A stretch of DNA of 64,000 nt from Octopus bimaculoides (Eukaryota): positions 18,114,672 through 18,178,671 of the forward strand of contig NC_068996.1 in the NCBI RefSeq assembly GCF_001194135.2, given 5' to 3'. Positions within the stretch are counted from its first letter, which is position 1. The number at the start of each line of letters is the position of its first letter. Positions 38,673 to 51,369 of the stretch are shown here, one piece after another. Under the pieces are notes generated by a model that did no database searches, had not been told where the DNA came from, and saw only the letters and a program-made list of their open reading frames with translations. The position numbers and the translations under genes are program-made.

Positions 38673-40178
38673 CTTCACTTTTCAGCATAGAAGAGAAACT
38701 GGAATTATACCATTTAGGATTAGGGGCAATGAGAACATTTAGAACATTGTCCTGTAAAGAATGCTGTGCTGACTTCCAGATATGTTTAAATGCAGAGGAG
38801 TTGAGAAGAAAGTACTTGTTGCTAGCTAAGTTTTCCAGGAGTATGATACTAATTTTGTCTTGTGATATGTATGGACAATTCAAGCTGGAAAATGCTTTCA
38901 GTTGCTGGTGGAATCTATCTAAAATGGATGCAGACAAAGGAAGCAGTGAAGTAAAACTTACAAGTATTGCATCAGTTCCCCTCTCCTAACTGTATGGAGG
39001 TGCAAGAAGAAAGACTTGTATCTCTTTAAACTATATGTTCCAACATGGAAAAGCATGTATCATTGTTGAGTGTAGATCAGCACTGACTCATACTAGGAGA
39101 AGAACAAAAAATAGGAATGAGATTGGTGAAATACGAAGAATTATGAAATAGTTGTTTCATCATAGTCTTTTTTTCTTTTTTTTTTCTTGAGGCAGTATTT
39201 GCTATATGTGTGAGATGTTCTATGATTTATAGGGATGAAGCATGAGTAATGAATGCAGAGCAACAGGAATAGCTGAAAAGTACAGAAACAGAAATGGTTC
39301 TAAAGATGAATAAAGTATTGTTGAGAGAGGTCGGTGGGGGCGAGATCAACAATGAATTGCAGAGAGAGTTGGAGGGGAATTGAGTAATCCAGTGGTAATG
39401 AATGAGTGTTATGTAGAGAAATGGTGTAAAGTGGCTGAGTCTTGTACTGAGGAAAGATGAAAGTAGCTTGTGAGGAATGATTGAAATGGATGTGGAAGAA
39501 AGTAGAGGAAAAGAAAGACTAAGTAAGATCTGATTAAAAATGACAGAGGAGGAAATGAGGGCATAAGGATTAGTGATTGGAAGGTAGAGGATAGGGTCAA
39601 ATGCAGAAGATTGCCATAGAGCCTGCAAAGTAAACTCCTAATGTTTGTTGTAATTGATTTTTCTTTTCATTTCCCAGATAGTTAGTTAAATACACGGCTT
39701 ACAGTTGGGTTGGATATTTATATATGTGTATATGTGGTTCCACATTGCCTGAACCTCAATACATTCCATTCCAGTAAATATTAATAAATCCTTACCAACT
39801 TTGTACCAGTAACGTTTGATGATGGCTGCCATTATTACTGTAAAGAGTTTAGGCATTGTTTTATTTCTTTACCTGGGAACAGCATTAAACACTCTTCATA
39901 TCTAATGTGCAGATATGCTATTTGCAAATATGAACAAATTTGCCGTTACAAAATATTCATTGATGTGAAATTAATCAAGAGATAATTCTGGGTTGCTGAT
40001 CAGTCTTGCAAAGTCATATTTTTAAAAGTTTTTATTAAAAATAAGCACAAAACAAAAGTTAGAAATGTGGGTCTGTTGACATAGGTTATGTTTGGATGAG
40101 TTGTTAGGTCCAGAATCTCCTTAGAGCTTCTATATCATTGCAAGAAATTAGGAACAAAGATGTTTATACATTCGTTCA

Positions 40179-40219
<41 letters not shown>

Positions 40220-40606
40220 TGTTGTATTTGGGGATGGTCATATTGCCAGTTTAGCCATCTCCAAATACAACATCTGTTTCAACACGATTTCACATTAAAA
40301 ATCTTGCAAGACAAATATATATATATATATATGGTATGTGTATCATCATTATCATTTAATGTCTGCTAGTATGGGTTTTATTTATATGTGTGTATATACA
40401 CACACACACAATGTGCTGGTGTCATATTGGAAGCACCCAGTACACTCTGTAAAGTGGTTTGTATTAGGACAGGTAACCAGTTGTAGAAACCATGCTGAAA
40501 CAGACAAATGTAACCTGGGCAGCTCACAAGCAGGCTATCTCCTGCCAAACCATCAATGCATGGAGGACAGCTGTTAAATGATGATGTTGTATGTGCTGTG
40601 TATATC

Positions 40607-40641
<35 letters not shown>

Positions 40642-40715
40642 ATTGAAGGTAAGGTTATATTCTTTTTAATATTGAACTATTCAAAGCATTTTTTAAATTC
40701 TCTACTTAAACTTAG

Positions 40716-40872
40716 ATGTGGGCTCCTCCCACCCCACCCCAGGACGACAATGATGTTTATATTGATCAAACAATGTTCTTCTTATATGAACCCACCATTA
40801 TGCCGGAGACCCAGCTACCACCTGTCTACATCAGAAAGGAACATAAGCGACCCAAAATTGAAACTGTTACAA
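40716..40872 (+). CDS. dom: domino exon, EP400-like isoform: MWAPPTPPQDDNDVYID...QLPPVYIRKEHKR
   Basis: cttag acceptor, gtatgt donor; EP400 WTPPTPPQDD and LPPVYVRKE motifs. Confidence 0.95.
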
Positions 40873-41916
40873 GTATGTATATTGAATTCTTAGAAATGTT
40901 GTTAAAGCAATCCACTCAAATCTGTATTAATGTGTTTGTTTATATTTAGATAATTAAAATCTCAATTGAAACTTTGTTAATGGGGATGGACTGATATTTT
41001 TGGATAAAAAATGTGAATGGTAATTTGAAACAAATTCTCAACACAATAATACTGAACATCTTATTGCTTTATCAGACTAATTGATTTTTTCTTTGTTTTT
41101 TTATGTTGGTATGTTAATCAATTTCATATCAATTAAAAATTTTTGAAGGCTACTTTAATATTAAAAAAAATTTATCATTTGTCTTTGTCTTAGGGCCATG
41201 AATTTTCTTTTGTCTTATACTTATAAGACAGAAAAACTGCATCTATTTCTGTAGATAGATTGCAGTTTATTACTAGTAACTTACTAGATAATAATTTACT
41301 ATGTTTTCCTGAATCTTGGTGGACTAAGTTAGGTAGAATGTAGAGTAGTACTTAAATACAATGAAATGCCTGCAGTAGAATTGAACTTGGGAACTATGAG
41401 TTAGTAGTTCAATGCTATAATCACGTGGCTATTTTTCTTCTACAACATATATTCACTAAATGCACAATTTCCTGTTTGCTCTCCATTAAAACTAAAAGAC
41501 TGAGCAAGAAATATATTTGGAAAATAGGAATACAGCACCTATGTTGGTATTCAAGACACACTGATACAACAAGCTATGCTTAGAGTAAAATATGCTTTCA
41601 AAAATTTACAAATACAAGGATTCTTATACAATTATTTAGAACTTGTTCTAAGCTTTATCGTTAATACTTTGATGCAAAATTCTACAGAAAGAAGAACTTC
41701 TTGTTTAGTTTATAGAGGTGTTTGATGCTAAATTACTTAAAGCCATTTATCTGAATTAGTTATTACACTTTGCAAAACTCCAAATTTGTTTGACTTTTAT
41801 GAATCTTTCTTGAGTTTACAGTTTTGTTTTTGCCTTTAAGTAAAATTTTATTGTATTATTATTATTATTATTATTATTACTACACTTGTTGTTGTAAAAA
41901 CACCAATTATCTTTAG

Positions 41917-42164
41917 ATTCGTTACTCACAACAGCTCGTAAACAGAAACAACGCAAAGAAGAGCAGTTACGAGTTCCTCGATCACTATTTGATCGTCCAA
42001 CAGCAGCACAGCTGAAGATGCGTCGTGAAGCAAAAATGCAGAAGCTTAAACATGGTTTAATTAAGAATTTCCGCTCGATATCGTCTGTGTCAAACAAACA
42101 ACCAATGGAACAGGCTGAAGAACATCCGGAATGGTTAATTCATGAAGACTGGGCTTTACTACAG
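41917..42164 (+). CDS. dom: domino exon, EP400-like isoform: RKQKQRK...VPRSLFDRP...PEWLIHEDWALLQ (start of SANT). Alternative in-frame acceptor at 41935.
   Basis: Hand-translated; CAG|gttagt donor; EP400 PRSLFDR and PEWLISEDWALLQ motifs. Confidence 0.92.
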
Positions 42165-42832
42165 GTTAGTTGTAATTTTTAAACCATTATATATGTATGG
42201 AGATGTACTTGTATAGCAAGTGACCTGATCTAAGATCATGTGCTGGAACGAAATAAATGAATGCAGCATGGAATTTTGTCAGTGAACAGGTCGCGATCTG
42301 AAAGCGACAAAAATATTTTGACAAATTAAATTTAAATGTTGAAGTGAATCTAACGGTTTTTGTGTGCTTCTTAAATGGCTTATAAACACCTTCCATGCTG
42401 AAATTTTATATGTATGCATCATTTTCTGTCCTCCACGGTACAAATTTAAGTTGTGGTCCGTGGGAAGAGCCATTCTAATGATGTGTCCTGCCCTAACTCT
42501 TCGAAACACTTAGTTTTAGAATGGTGGCAGCTGATGAAGGAAATGTTCTTTATGTGGCCTGTGTGTTTTCTGTACTTTGTTTATCATTTTGTCCACGTTT
42601 TTTTGCAACGTCCTGTACCCAGATATGCATCTATATATATATATGTAGATGTAGGTATGTACATACATGTACGTATATATGCATACACTCATATATTATT
42701 TATATTATATATACATATACATACATAAACACACATCTAATGTATAAGTGAGAGAGTGATGTATTTTTTGCTATTTTATTGATATTGTTCCATATTTTGG
42801 TATTTTGAATTGTATTTTTGATTTTATTACAG

Positions 42833-43060
42833 GCTGTTCTGACACTTTTGGACTTGGCTCTGAATTTAACAGTTTTGTCTCCTGCTCGCATTGCAAACTG
42901 GGAGTTAGTTGCAGATGTTGTTAATTGCTGCAGCAGGAATTACCGATCTCCAAAGCAATGTAAAAATCGTTATGAAAATATTATTATTCCACGTGAAGAA
43001 GGCCGTGTTTTATATGATATGAATCCAAGAAAACAGAAGAAAACTAAAGGAATATACAAG
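42833..43060 (+). CDS. dom: domino exon, EP400-like isoform: SANT/Myb-like domain (NWELVADVVN...YRSPKQCKNRYENIIIPREEG)
   Basis: tacag acceptor, AAG|gtataa donor; 76 codons. Confidence 0.96.
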
Positions 43061-43153
43061 GTATAACTTAATTCAATGTTACATTGTATTTCCTGAGTTT
43101 AAAAAAAAAACACAGCAGAAATGTACATGTTGTAGGGGGTTAAGATAACGATT

Positions 43154-43710
43154 GGATCTTTTTTAAAACGGGGGCCACATTTTTCATTAATGTTTTACGT
43201 AGTGTTTTTGGTACCGAAAGACTTTCAAACTTTGTATACTTATCTATTTTGTGTTATAGAACAGAAAAATATTTTTGTATTCGAATTTATTTCATGTAAA
43301 AAATTGTCTTATTTCGATAATTTCAACCAATCACTGACAAGTATTCAGTTGTTTATATTTACTCCTTTGGCTGATTAAGCCATAGCTTCGTTTTATTTGC
43401 TTTTTTCATTTTCTTTTTTTTCTTTGTTTTATTTGCTTTTTTACCCTAACCCTAACCCTATCACCGATAGAATTGTTTCAGAATCGTTTGTTTATGTAGT
43501 CAGCGCTTAATGTATATCGGCTGAATGGACGTCAGTGATTGGTTGAAATTACAGAAATACGACAACTTTAACATGGAATAACTTAGGGATTTCTTTTTTT
43601 TTTAAGAAGACTAAAAGAAAAAGATGTTTTATATGACACATTCTACCAGTGTTCCAAGTTTCAAAATGTTTCGTTAATGAAAGATGTGGCCCCCGTTTTA
43701 AAAAAGATCC
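43154..43710. mobile_element. MITE with 37-bp TIRs and an internal 18-bp inverted repeat
   Basis: 43154-43190 versus 43674-43710 differ by 1 mismatch; 43321-43338 and 43531-43548 form a perfect IR. Confidence 0.9.
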
Positions 43711-43782
43711 TAATGATTTGTTATGTTTAAAAAAAATATGGAAAAATCCTAATTAAATGCTTTTGAACTTTTTTTTTCACAG

Positions 43783-44076
43783 ACAAAGAATAACCGACCA
43801 ATCAAAACAAGCCAGCTTTATGGGCAAGATAGCTATGCTGCTGTTACCACTCTGTACTCTGGCCGTTTTGATATGATAAAAAGTCTGGCAAATAAACGAC
43901 AGCCTCCACTAAGGCAGACTACCAACCAAGGGCAGAAGAATCCTAAACACACATCTGTGCTTCAGAGCAGTGGAATTAACTATGACTTGCCATTGGATCC
44001 AGTTCAAGTTGCTTTGATCAGAGCAGAAAGGATTCAACGAGAGAAGAAGCAGAACCAAGCTGCTGCAGCCGCTGCT
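43783..44076 (+). CDS. dom: domino exon, EP400-like isoform: TKNNRPIKTSQLYGQD...KNPKHTSVL...GINYD...RAERI...AAAAAA
   Basis: cacag acceptor, gtgagt donor; EP400 NPKHASVL, GINYD and RAERI motifs. Confidence 0.95.
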
Positions 44077-44221
44077 GTGAGTTTTCTTGTTCACTTTGGT
44101 TGTCGCTATTGTTTGTATTGGTTTGAATATTACATTTTACAGTGCAACTAGTATTTGTTACATTTCATTGTATGACTGTAGTTTGTTACAGTTCATTGGG
44201 TGAATGGTGTTTGTTACATTT

Positions 44222-45946
44222 CATTAAGTTTCCACCATTGTAGTGGATCAACTGATACAGCAACTTTTTTCTCCATTTTATATCACTGCACTTCATCAGA
44301 AGCGTTTTTGACACCCTCTTCTAAGTCTGAGTCAGACTTCATCAGTTTAATGTGCTTTTCATTAGGTTCACACATAGTTTTATTGATAGGGAGTATCATC
44401 TTGTGCATTATTCTTCAACTGGTCATCATTAACATCAACTGCTATTTGTTGTCCAATAAGTAACCAAGTTTGTTCTTTTGAACTGTCTGATAAACACTTC
44501 AAGTTTTTATATCGTGGATCAAGTGCTGTTGCAATCTGTAATAATATCTCAATACTTTTCATGTCAGCTACATGTTTGCTGAAGTCATTAACAGATACTG
44601 CCTTGAATCTAGCTATATAACCTGGATCATCATCATTTACAATCATGTGCTTTGTCAAAGACAATAACAGTGGCAATGCAAAGTTACACGACACATATTT
44701 TTCACCTCCCAAGCAGGACCATAACCTGATAAAATAAATCTAAAACGTTGATGTATTTTGAAATCTTTTCCCAATCAGAATCGAACAGTTTTAGACCTTT
44801 ATATTGCTTCTCTTTGTCTGGTGATGATTGCTTCTCTGGCCTGCAGCAGACTCTTTAGCATTAGTAAAGTACTGTTCCATCTTGCTGTAGCTTACACAAT
44901 AGTGAATCACTACAATTCTGCAATCCCGTTGTGTGGATAGGGCTTTGTTTAAAATGTCCTATGATTTTTTCAACATTTAACAAACAATGTTTCTGTATCT
45001 GCGGCTTTAAACCCATGCAATATGCTCAACTGCAGACTATAAGCCCAACATGGAATATGAGCAAAACCAGTTTGGTTAGCAGCTGAAACCAAATTTTGTG
45101 CATTGTCTGTTTCTAGAACCTGAATCTTCTTTGTTATATCCCAGTCTTTTACAAATTGTTTATATAACTCAGCAACATTGTTAGAATAGTGACACTCAAC
45201 AACATGCACACATTCAAGAATAACACTTATTAAAATTCCGGTCATCAGCAATCCAATGGCCGGTGATTCTGCAATAACTTTCATTACCTAGGAATGTCCA
45301 AAAATCAGATGTTAGTGCAATTGCCTTTGAATTTTGCACTGCTTCTTTAACCCTTTCTCTTTTGCTGTTATAAATATCAGCCAACAGTTTATCAATAGTG
45401 CACTGGCAAGCTACTTTATATTTGGTATTTTGAAGTGCTGTACGCAATACTTGCCGAAGACCATCATCTTCTACAATTAATATTGGTCTGTCGCTATTAG
45501 CTATCCAGATTGCAAGTGATATTTTAATGTGACATTGTACAGTAGCTCTCACCGGATGATCAGACCGATGATAAAACTGACTCAAAATAGTCTGCTTGGA
45601 GGTAGGTGACACCGCCGCTGTAGACTGACTAAATGAAGCTGACTTTGCAAGCTGAGGTTTTAAATACTGTAGCAAGTGTTTGTTTTGAAGTAAGTGTTAT
45701 CAGCGGTTTTGATATTGCTGTCAGCCAACAATTTAAATGCAAATTATTCATGTAATCGACCTGATAAAGGTTTATATTTCATAACTCGCTTCTTCTCTGC
45801 TGCCATTTTACTGTCGTTATTATTGCTTCCTGACTTCTGGCACATTTATTAATGATGGGTAGAAAATTAAATTTGAAACCGCTTAATAAAAATTTTATAG
45901 CTAAAATAAATTAACGATTAATTAATCTTTAAGTTCCACAGCCCTA
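44222..45946 (-). mobile_element. decayed hAT (Ac-group, ZBED-like) transposon, one end retained
   Basis: RPILIVEDDG, ALTSDFWT, TDNAQN, CWAYSLQL, LDPRYK, DPLQWWK motifs; TAGGGCTGT terminus at 45946. Confidence 0.9.
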
Positions 45947-45982
45947 AAATATATATATATATATATATTTATTTATAGTATC

Positions 45983-46150
45983 TGTGTTTGTTCCCCCAAC
46001 ATTGCTTGACAACCGATGCTTAGTGGTTCAGTGAAAGAGACCGATAGAATAAGTACTAGGCTTACAAAGAATAAGTCCTGGGATCAATTTGCTTGACTAA
46101 AGGCAGTGTCCCAGCATGGCCACAGTCAAATGACTGAAACAAGTAAAAGA
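45983..46150 (+). mobile_element. 3' half of the same SINE as 1254-1634
   Basis: Visibly near-identical to about 1445-1634 (gagaccgatagaataagtactaggctt...ccagcatggccacagtc). Confidence 0.85.
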
Positions 46151-46198
46151 ATATATTTATATTATATATGTATATATATATATGCGTATGTGTGTATA

Positions 46199-46249
<51 letters not shown>

Positions 46250-46338
46250 ATGATTGACCGTTGACTGGACACTATTCAATTTTTTTTCTCCGTGTTTTTC
46301 TCCTTGTCTCCGTATTCTTTCTGTTGAAGAGCGTAGCT

Positions 46339-46810
46339 NNNNNNNNNNNNNNNNNNNNNNNNNNNNNNNNNNNNNNNNNNNNNNNNNNNNNNNNNNNNNN
46401 NNNNNNNNNNNNNNNNNNNNNNNNNNNNNNNNNNNNNNNNNNNNNNNNNNNNNNNNNNNNNNNNNNNNNNNNNNNNNNNNNNNNNNNNNNNNNNNNNNNN
46501 NNNNNNNNNNNNNNNNNNNNNNNNNNNNNNNNNNNNNNNNNNNNNNNNNNNNNNNNNNNNNNNNNNNNNNNNNNNNNNNNNNNNNNNNNNNNNNNNNNNN
46601 NNNNNNNNNNNNNNNNNNNNNNNNNNNNNNNNNNNNNNNNNNNNNNNNNNNNNNNNNNNNNNNNNNNNNNNNNNNNNNNNNNNNNNNNNNNNNNNNNNNN
46701 NNNNNNNNNNNNNNNNNNNNNNNNNNNNNNNNNNNNNNNNNNNNNNNNNNNNNNNNNNNNNNNNNNNNNNNNNNNNNNNNNNNNNNNNNNNNNNNNNNNN
46801 NNNNNNNNNN
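46339..46810. other. assembly gap (N)
   Basis: 472 N upstream of the Tc1-like fragment. Confidence 1.
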
Positions 46811-47355
46811 CCAGACTGCCTTCTTCCAACTGTTAAACATGGAGGAGAATCTGTGATGATCTGGAGGGCTATATTTTGGAAATCCTCCAGTCCAATGGTT
46901 TCCCTTCATGGCAGAATTAATAATCAAGACTATTTAAGCATTTTATCTGATCAAATTCCTCCTATGGTTGCGGAACTGTTTCCAGAGAGAAACGCAATCT
47001 TTCAGGATGATAATGCACCAATTCACACAACTAAAGTTGTTACTGAATGGCATGAGGAACATTCTAGTGAAGTTGAACAATTTATCTGGCCACCACAGTC
47101 CCCAGATCTCAATATCATTGAACATTTATGGTGCATTTTAGAAAAACAAGCAAGGAGTCGATATCCTCCAACATCATCACTACAAGAACTGGAGACTTTT
47201 TTTAGCTGAGGAATGGACAAAACTTCCTTTGGAAACAATTCAAACTTTGTACGATTCCATACCTCGTAGAATTTAAGCTGTAATTACTGCCATAGGTGGT
47301 CCTACCCCATATTAAAATAAATTCGTTTGCAATTTTAAGGTGTTTCCATTATTGT
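46811..47355 (+). mobile_element. Tc1-like transposase 3' part, DD36E spacing
   Basis: FQDDNAPIH...WPPQSPDLNIIEHLW; in-frame stops; ends GGPTPY*; 5' part lies in the N gap. Confidence 0.92.
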
Positions 47356-48179
47356 CCATGCTGGCATGGGTTGGGTGGCTTAACTAGGGCTGGTAAGCTG
47401 GAACGCTACACCAGAGTATAAATGCGTGCTTTTACATGCAACCAGCACGGTTGCTCTTTGTGTGATACTGGCATCTTCCACAACTGCGATTGTGATTAGC
47501 TTGATGGGTCTTCTTCTCAAGCATGGCTTAATGCCACAGGTCTCGGCCATTGCCTCCATGATGCTCAATGCTTGAAATGACAAAATAAGTCATTTGAAAT
47601 TTGAGAAAATAGTCTGTTGAGGAGCACTAAACTATAATTATACCCCATATTTTCCCTTTGTGGTCCCTTCTATTTTCTTTACTTTAAAATTAATAAAGAA
47701 TAACTATACAGTAAATTGTGGAAATGATATTCAACAAAGAACCATGTGTAGGGTTGGAAGGAGTAAGTGTCTCAGAATAACTGTTCCTACATTATAGAAA
47801 TAGGAGAGGGGCCTGGGAGAAAATTTGGAAAGAAAGGAAAAACCTGAAATTTTGTCAGTCTTCTTTCCCTTTCTGCCTACCAAGTGTGTGTGTGTGTGGT
47901 TAAACAGATGTTTAAAATGGAGATAGGAAGGTACTTATTTAAAGCAGCATTGAAAATAGAGGTGGTGATTACTCTTTTTGCTTCTCAATTTACTGAATTC
48001 AGAATAATGATGTCTCATGAGAAGGATTTGTCTTCTGCTTACTTGTTTTTGTAAAAATTAGGTTTTCTAAAAAAAATTTCTTTATAAAAGTTTGAATGTT
48101 TTTTTAAAAATATTTTTAACAATGTGTCTCTAGAAGCTGTTTAATGAATTAAGATAATTAAATACAATCAAAATATAAT

Positions 48180-48239
<60 letters not shown>

Positions 48240-48291
48240 TTGTGTGCATATCATTGTCCATTCAATTGATGTTTTGTTGGTATTGATACAG

Positions 48292-48552
48292 CATGTTTCA
48301 ACTGAGCAGCAGTTAGCCCTACAACGCGCACAACAACCTGGCCAAGTTCAAGGTCAAGTTACCCAACAACAGCAGCAATCACAGCAACAACAACAACAAC
48401 AACAGCGGCAACAACAACAACAACAGCAGCAAGTTCCACAGGTGGTTGCTGCTGCTGCAGTAGCGACTCCCCCTACACACGTGTCTCAGAATGTAGCAGC
48501 AGTCCAAGCCCAGCAACTTCAGTCTCTCACCAATGTCTCCAGTTCAGTTATG
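48292..48552 (+). CDS. dom: domino exon, EP400-like isoform: poly-Q region
   Basis: tacag acceptor, ATG|gtaagc donor; CAA/CAG runs; phase 0-0. Confidence 0.9.
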
Positions 48553-48914
48553 GTAAGCACAACATTGCATTTCCTCCCCTGAAATTTTCTATTTCACTTG
48601 CTTGTCTTAGTCTGCTTCCTCCATCCCTCCCTTCTCTACCATTAGTATTGAGTTCTTCTTTCTTTCTCTCTCTCTCTCTCTCTCTCTAAATCTGATCTCT
48701 CTCATTTCTTCTGACTTAGTTTATTTTTCTTTTTGATTACTCCCTCTTAATACTTGCTTACTTAAATAGCAATTCTTTATTAATTGTTTATTTCATCCTA
48801 TTTCTTTTTTTACTTCCTTCTACTTAACCCTATAATGTCTAAGTTATAAATAAGCTGAAAATAATGAAACTGCTAGGTATTATAATTGCTTACATGTAAT
48901 AATGTTGTTTCTTA

Positions 48915-49110
48915 TTTAGGTACAAGGTCAGTAATTATGGGAGGCAGTGGGATTTAGTTGATATTATGAACCATGGTACTTGACTGGTGCTTTATTTCAT
49001 TGACCTAGAGATGATAAAGAAAAACATTGACCCCTTTAGAATTGGAACTCTGAATGTAGAGCCAGAACTGTAGCAAGGCATGTACTCTCATGCTGTAACA
49101 ATTCTGTTAA
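48915..49110 (-). mobile_element. degenerate copy of the 55598 SINE family
   Basis: gtacaagg...gtacttgactggtgctttatttcattgacc...ggaactc. Further copies at about 12040-12185 (-), 56372-56550 (+) and 61320-61495 (+). Confidence 0.65.
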
Positions 49111-50266
49111 TTCACTATCCTACTATATCTAATGTTGATAGTGTGAGCTTTCAGCTTTGTTGTTTTCTTTCCATATGAATAATAATTGAAGCCTCAAGAA
49201 TTCTTAAAAAGGCATTATAGGGCTAACTTTATATTTCTTCTTTTTTTTTTTCACTATGTTGTGTTTATCCAAGCGTGTCTTGTCTATCTGCTGTTCCTCC
49301 TCACTGTATCTACATCTCCCCTTATTTTTTTCTTTCTCTTTTTCTTTTGCACTCCCATACTACCCCTATGTATTTTTCCTGTTGCTTATATATCTCATTT
49401 CTTCACCCTATACCTTACACACATACCATATCCAATATATATTTTGTTTCTGTGTTGTGTGTCAGTACTTGCAAAAAAAAAAAAAAGAGAGACCACATTT
49501 CCGAAGCCCTATCTGAGATAGTTTTCTTTCCCTCTTGTTGCTGTCACCAATATCGAACCCTAATTAGGGTTATATCTAACCCTGATGTATCTGCTGTACC
49601 CTTTTACTTTGTCTTGTTATATTTCTGCTTGATATGCTCAATATTTTGTTTAGTGCAGTCATAACTTATTGTTGTCTTTTGCATCTTTATATTTTCCTTT
49701 TTTTTTAATTTTTATTTAAGTTTTTTTTTTGCAACTACAATGTTATTTTAATTTTGCTCAAGTATCTCCTCCCACTAATAGTTAAAAAATTGTGAATAAT
49801 TAATTGCAGGGTTTACAAATGATAATATATTATGCTTTATTTTTATGATAAATAAAATGAAGACTAGTATAGATTAAGTTCTTGTTTGTTCTCAGTTTCA
49901 GACTTACTTGCCGTAAACTAGTTATCACAATGCAAATAACATCAACATTAATTAGTTAGTTTAGGACAAATTGAATAAACATAAATTAAGAATAAACTAA
50001 TCTAGCTGTTGCTAATTTCTTTTTCTATTTTCTCTACAATTAGTTACGCAACTTTTCATTTCGTAAAAGGAAATATTGTGCAAACATGTCGTTGCTTTTG
50101 GTTTTTGTTATTAGGCTGTGGCTGTATTGGAGCATTGCATCGAAGAAATTTTTCTTTAATCAATTATTATTATAAAAGAAAGTCTTGGATGCAAAGTTCA
50201 GTGATCACTTCATCAATTTCTGTCTTGTCGGGTTTTTACTTTTGTGGAGTTACTTCCCCTTACTGA

Positions 50267-50317
<51 letters not shown>

Positions 50318-50324
50318 TGCACAC

Positions 50325-50700
50325 GCACGCGGCTGTGCAGTTTGTTTGTCAACCTCATAATTTTGGGTTCAGTCTCAATGCATGGCACTTTGAATTAATA
50401 GCTTTTACTGTAGCCTTGGGATGATCAGAACCTTTTGAATGGATTTGGTAAATGGAAAAAAAGCCTGAAAGATGCTCATATTGTATGTATGTGTCTCATT
50501 GTTAACGAGTGTCACTGTCATACAAGCAGTGACCTTTGTTTCCAATCTGTCATGAAAAAACACATCTGTCCATGAAGAAATATTACCTTGCTTGAAAACG
50601 GGAGACGGTCAGCAACAAGAAGGGCATCAGGCTGTAGAAAATTTACCTTAGTAAACTGTCTGACCCATGCAAGCATAGCAAAGGGGACATTGAAACAAAA
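50325..50700 (+). mobile_element. degenerate SINE, same structure as 36785-37145
   Basis: gggttcagtctc B-box, shared middle segment, gaagggcatcaggctgtagaaa tail. Confidence 0.7.
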
Positions 50701-51369
50701 TGTATGCACGCACACACACACTCATGTACACATGTGCATGATGGGCTTCTGCTCAGTTTTACCAAATTTTTGATCAACCTGATTGTGTAGTAGATCATAC
50801 ACAGTGGATAAGAACCCAGAGCTATATGGTTTCAAAATGAATTTCTTTAACCACGCAGCCATTCTTGTGTCCATATGCCCAAATGTCTTACAACTTCATT
50901 TCCCAAAGTTGGCATTTTCTTTGTGGCATAAAGGAAACATTTTCCTAATAAAAGTGTCATTTTACTATGAAAGGGCATTTTGGTTTAAAATTCAAGATGT
51001 GAGAGAGAAGTCAGTAGGATTTGAAACAAGAATGGAAATAGCCAGAATTATGTTATAAGGCATTTCACCCAATGCTCTAGCAGCTCTGCATAATTCATCA
51101 TAACAATTGTCATTGCAACTCTGCAAATTCACTAACTGTAGTTGAAGTCTATGTTTCAGTTGATAGCAAATAATTTTAACATTTATTTGTAATGACATTT
51201 AATTTGAATATATTTTCAATTTTTAGAAATTACAAGCGATGCTCTATAACACTTGCCACACTCCAATAAATAGTGTAAAAGCATTTAAAAGTTTTGATGT
51301 CCCTTATAATTGTCATCATGCATTTTTGGAAACTATTTTAAGGCATTTATAATACATATTGCATAGCAA

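Noticed and set aside
39227-39628. 133-aa minus-strand ORF in purine-rich DNA
   Set aside because: Compositional ORF with no domain motif; probably a decayed retroelement.
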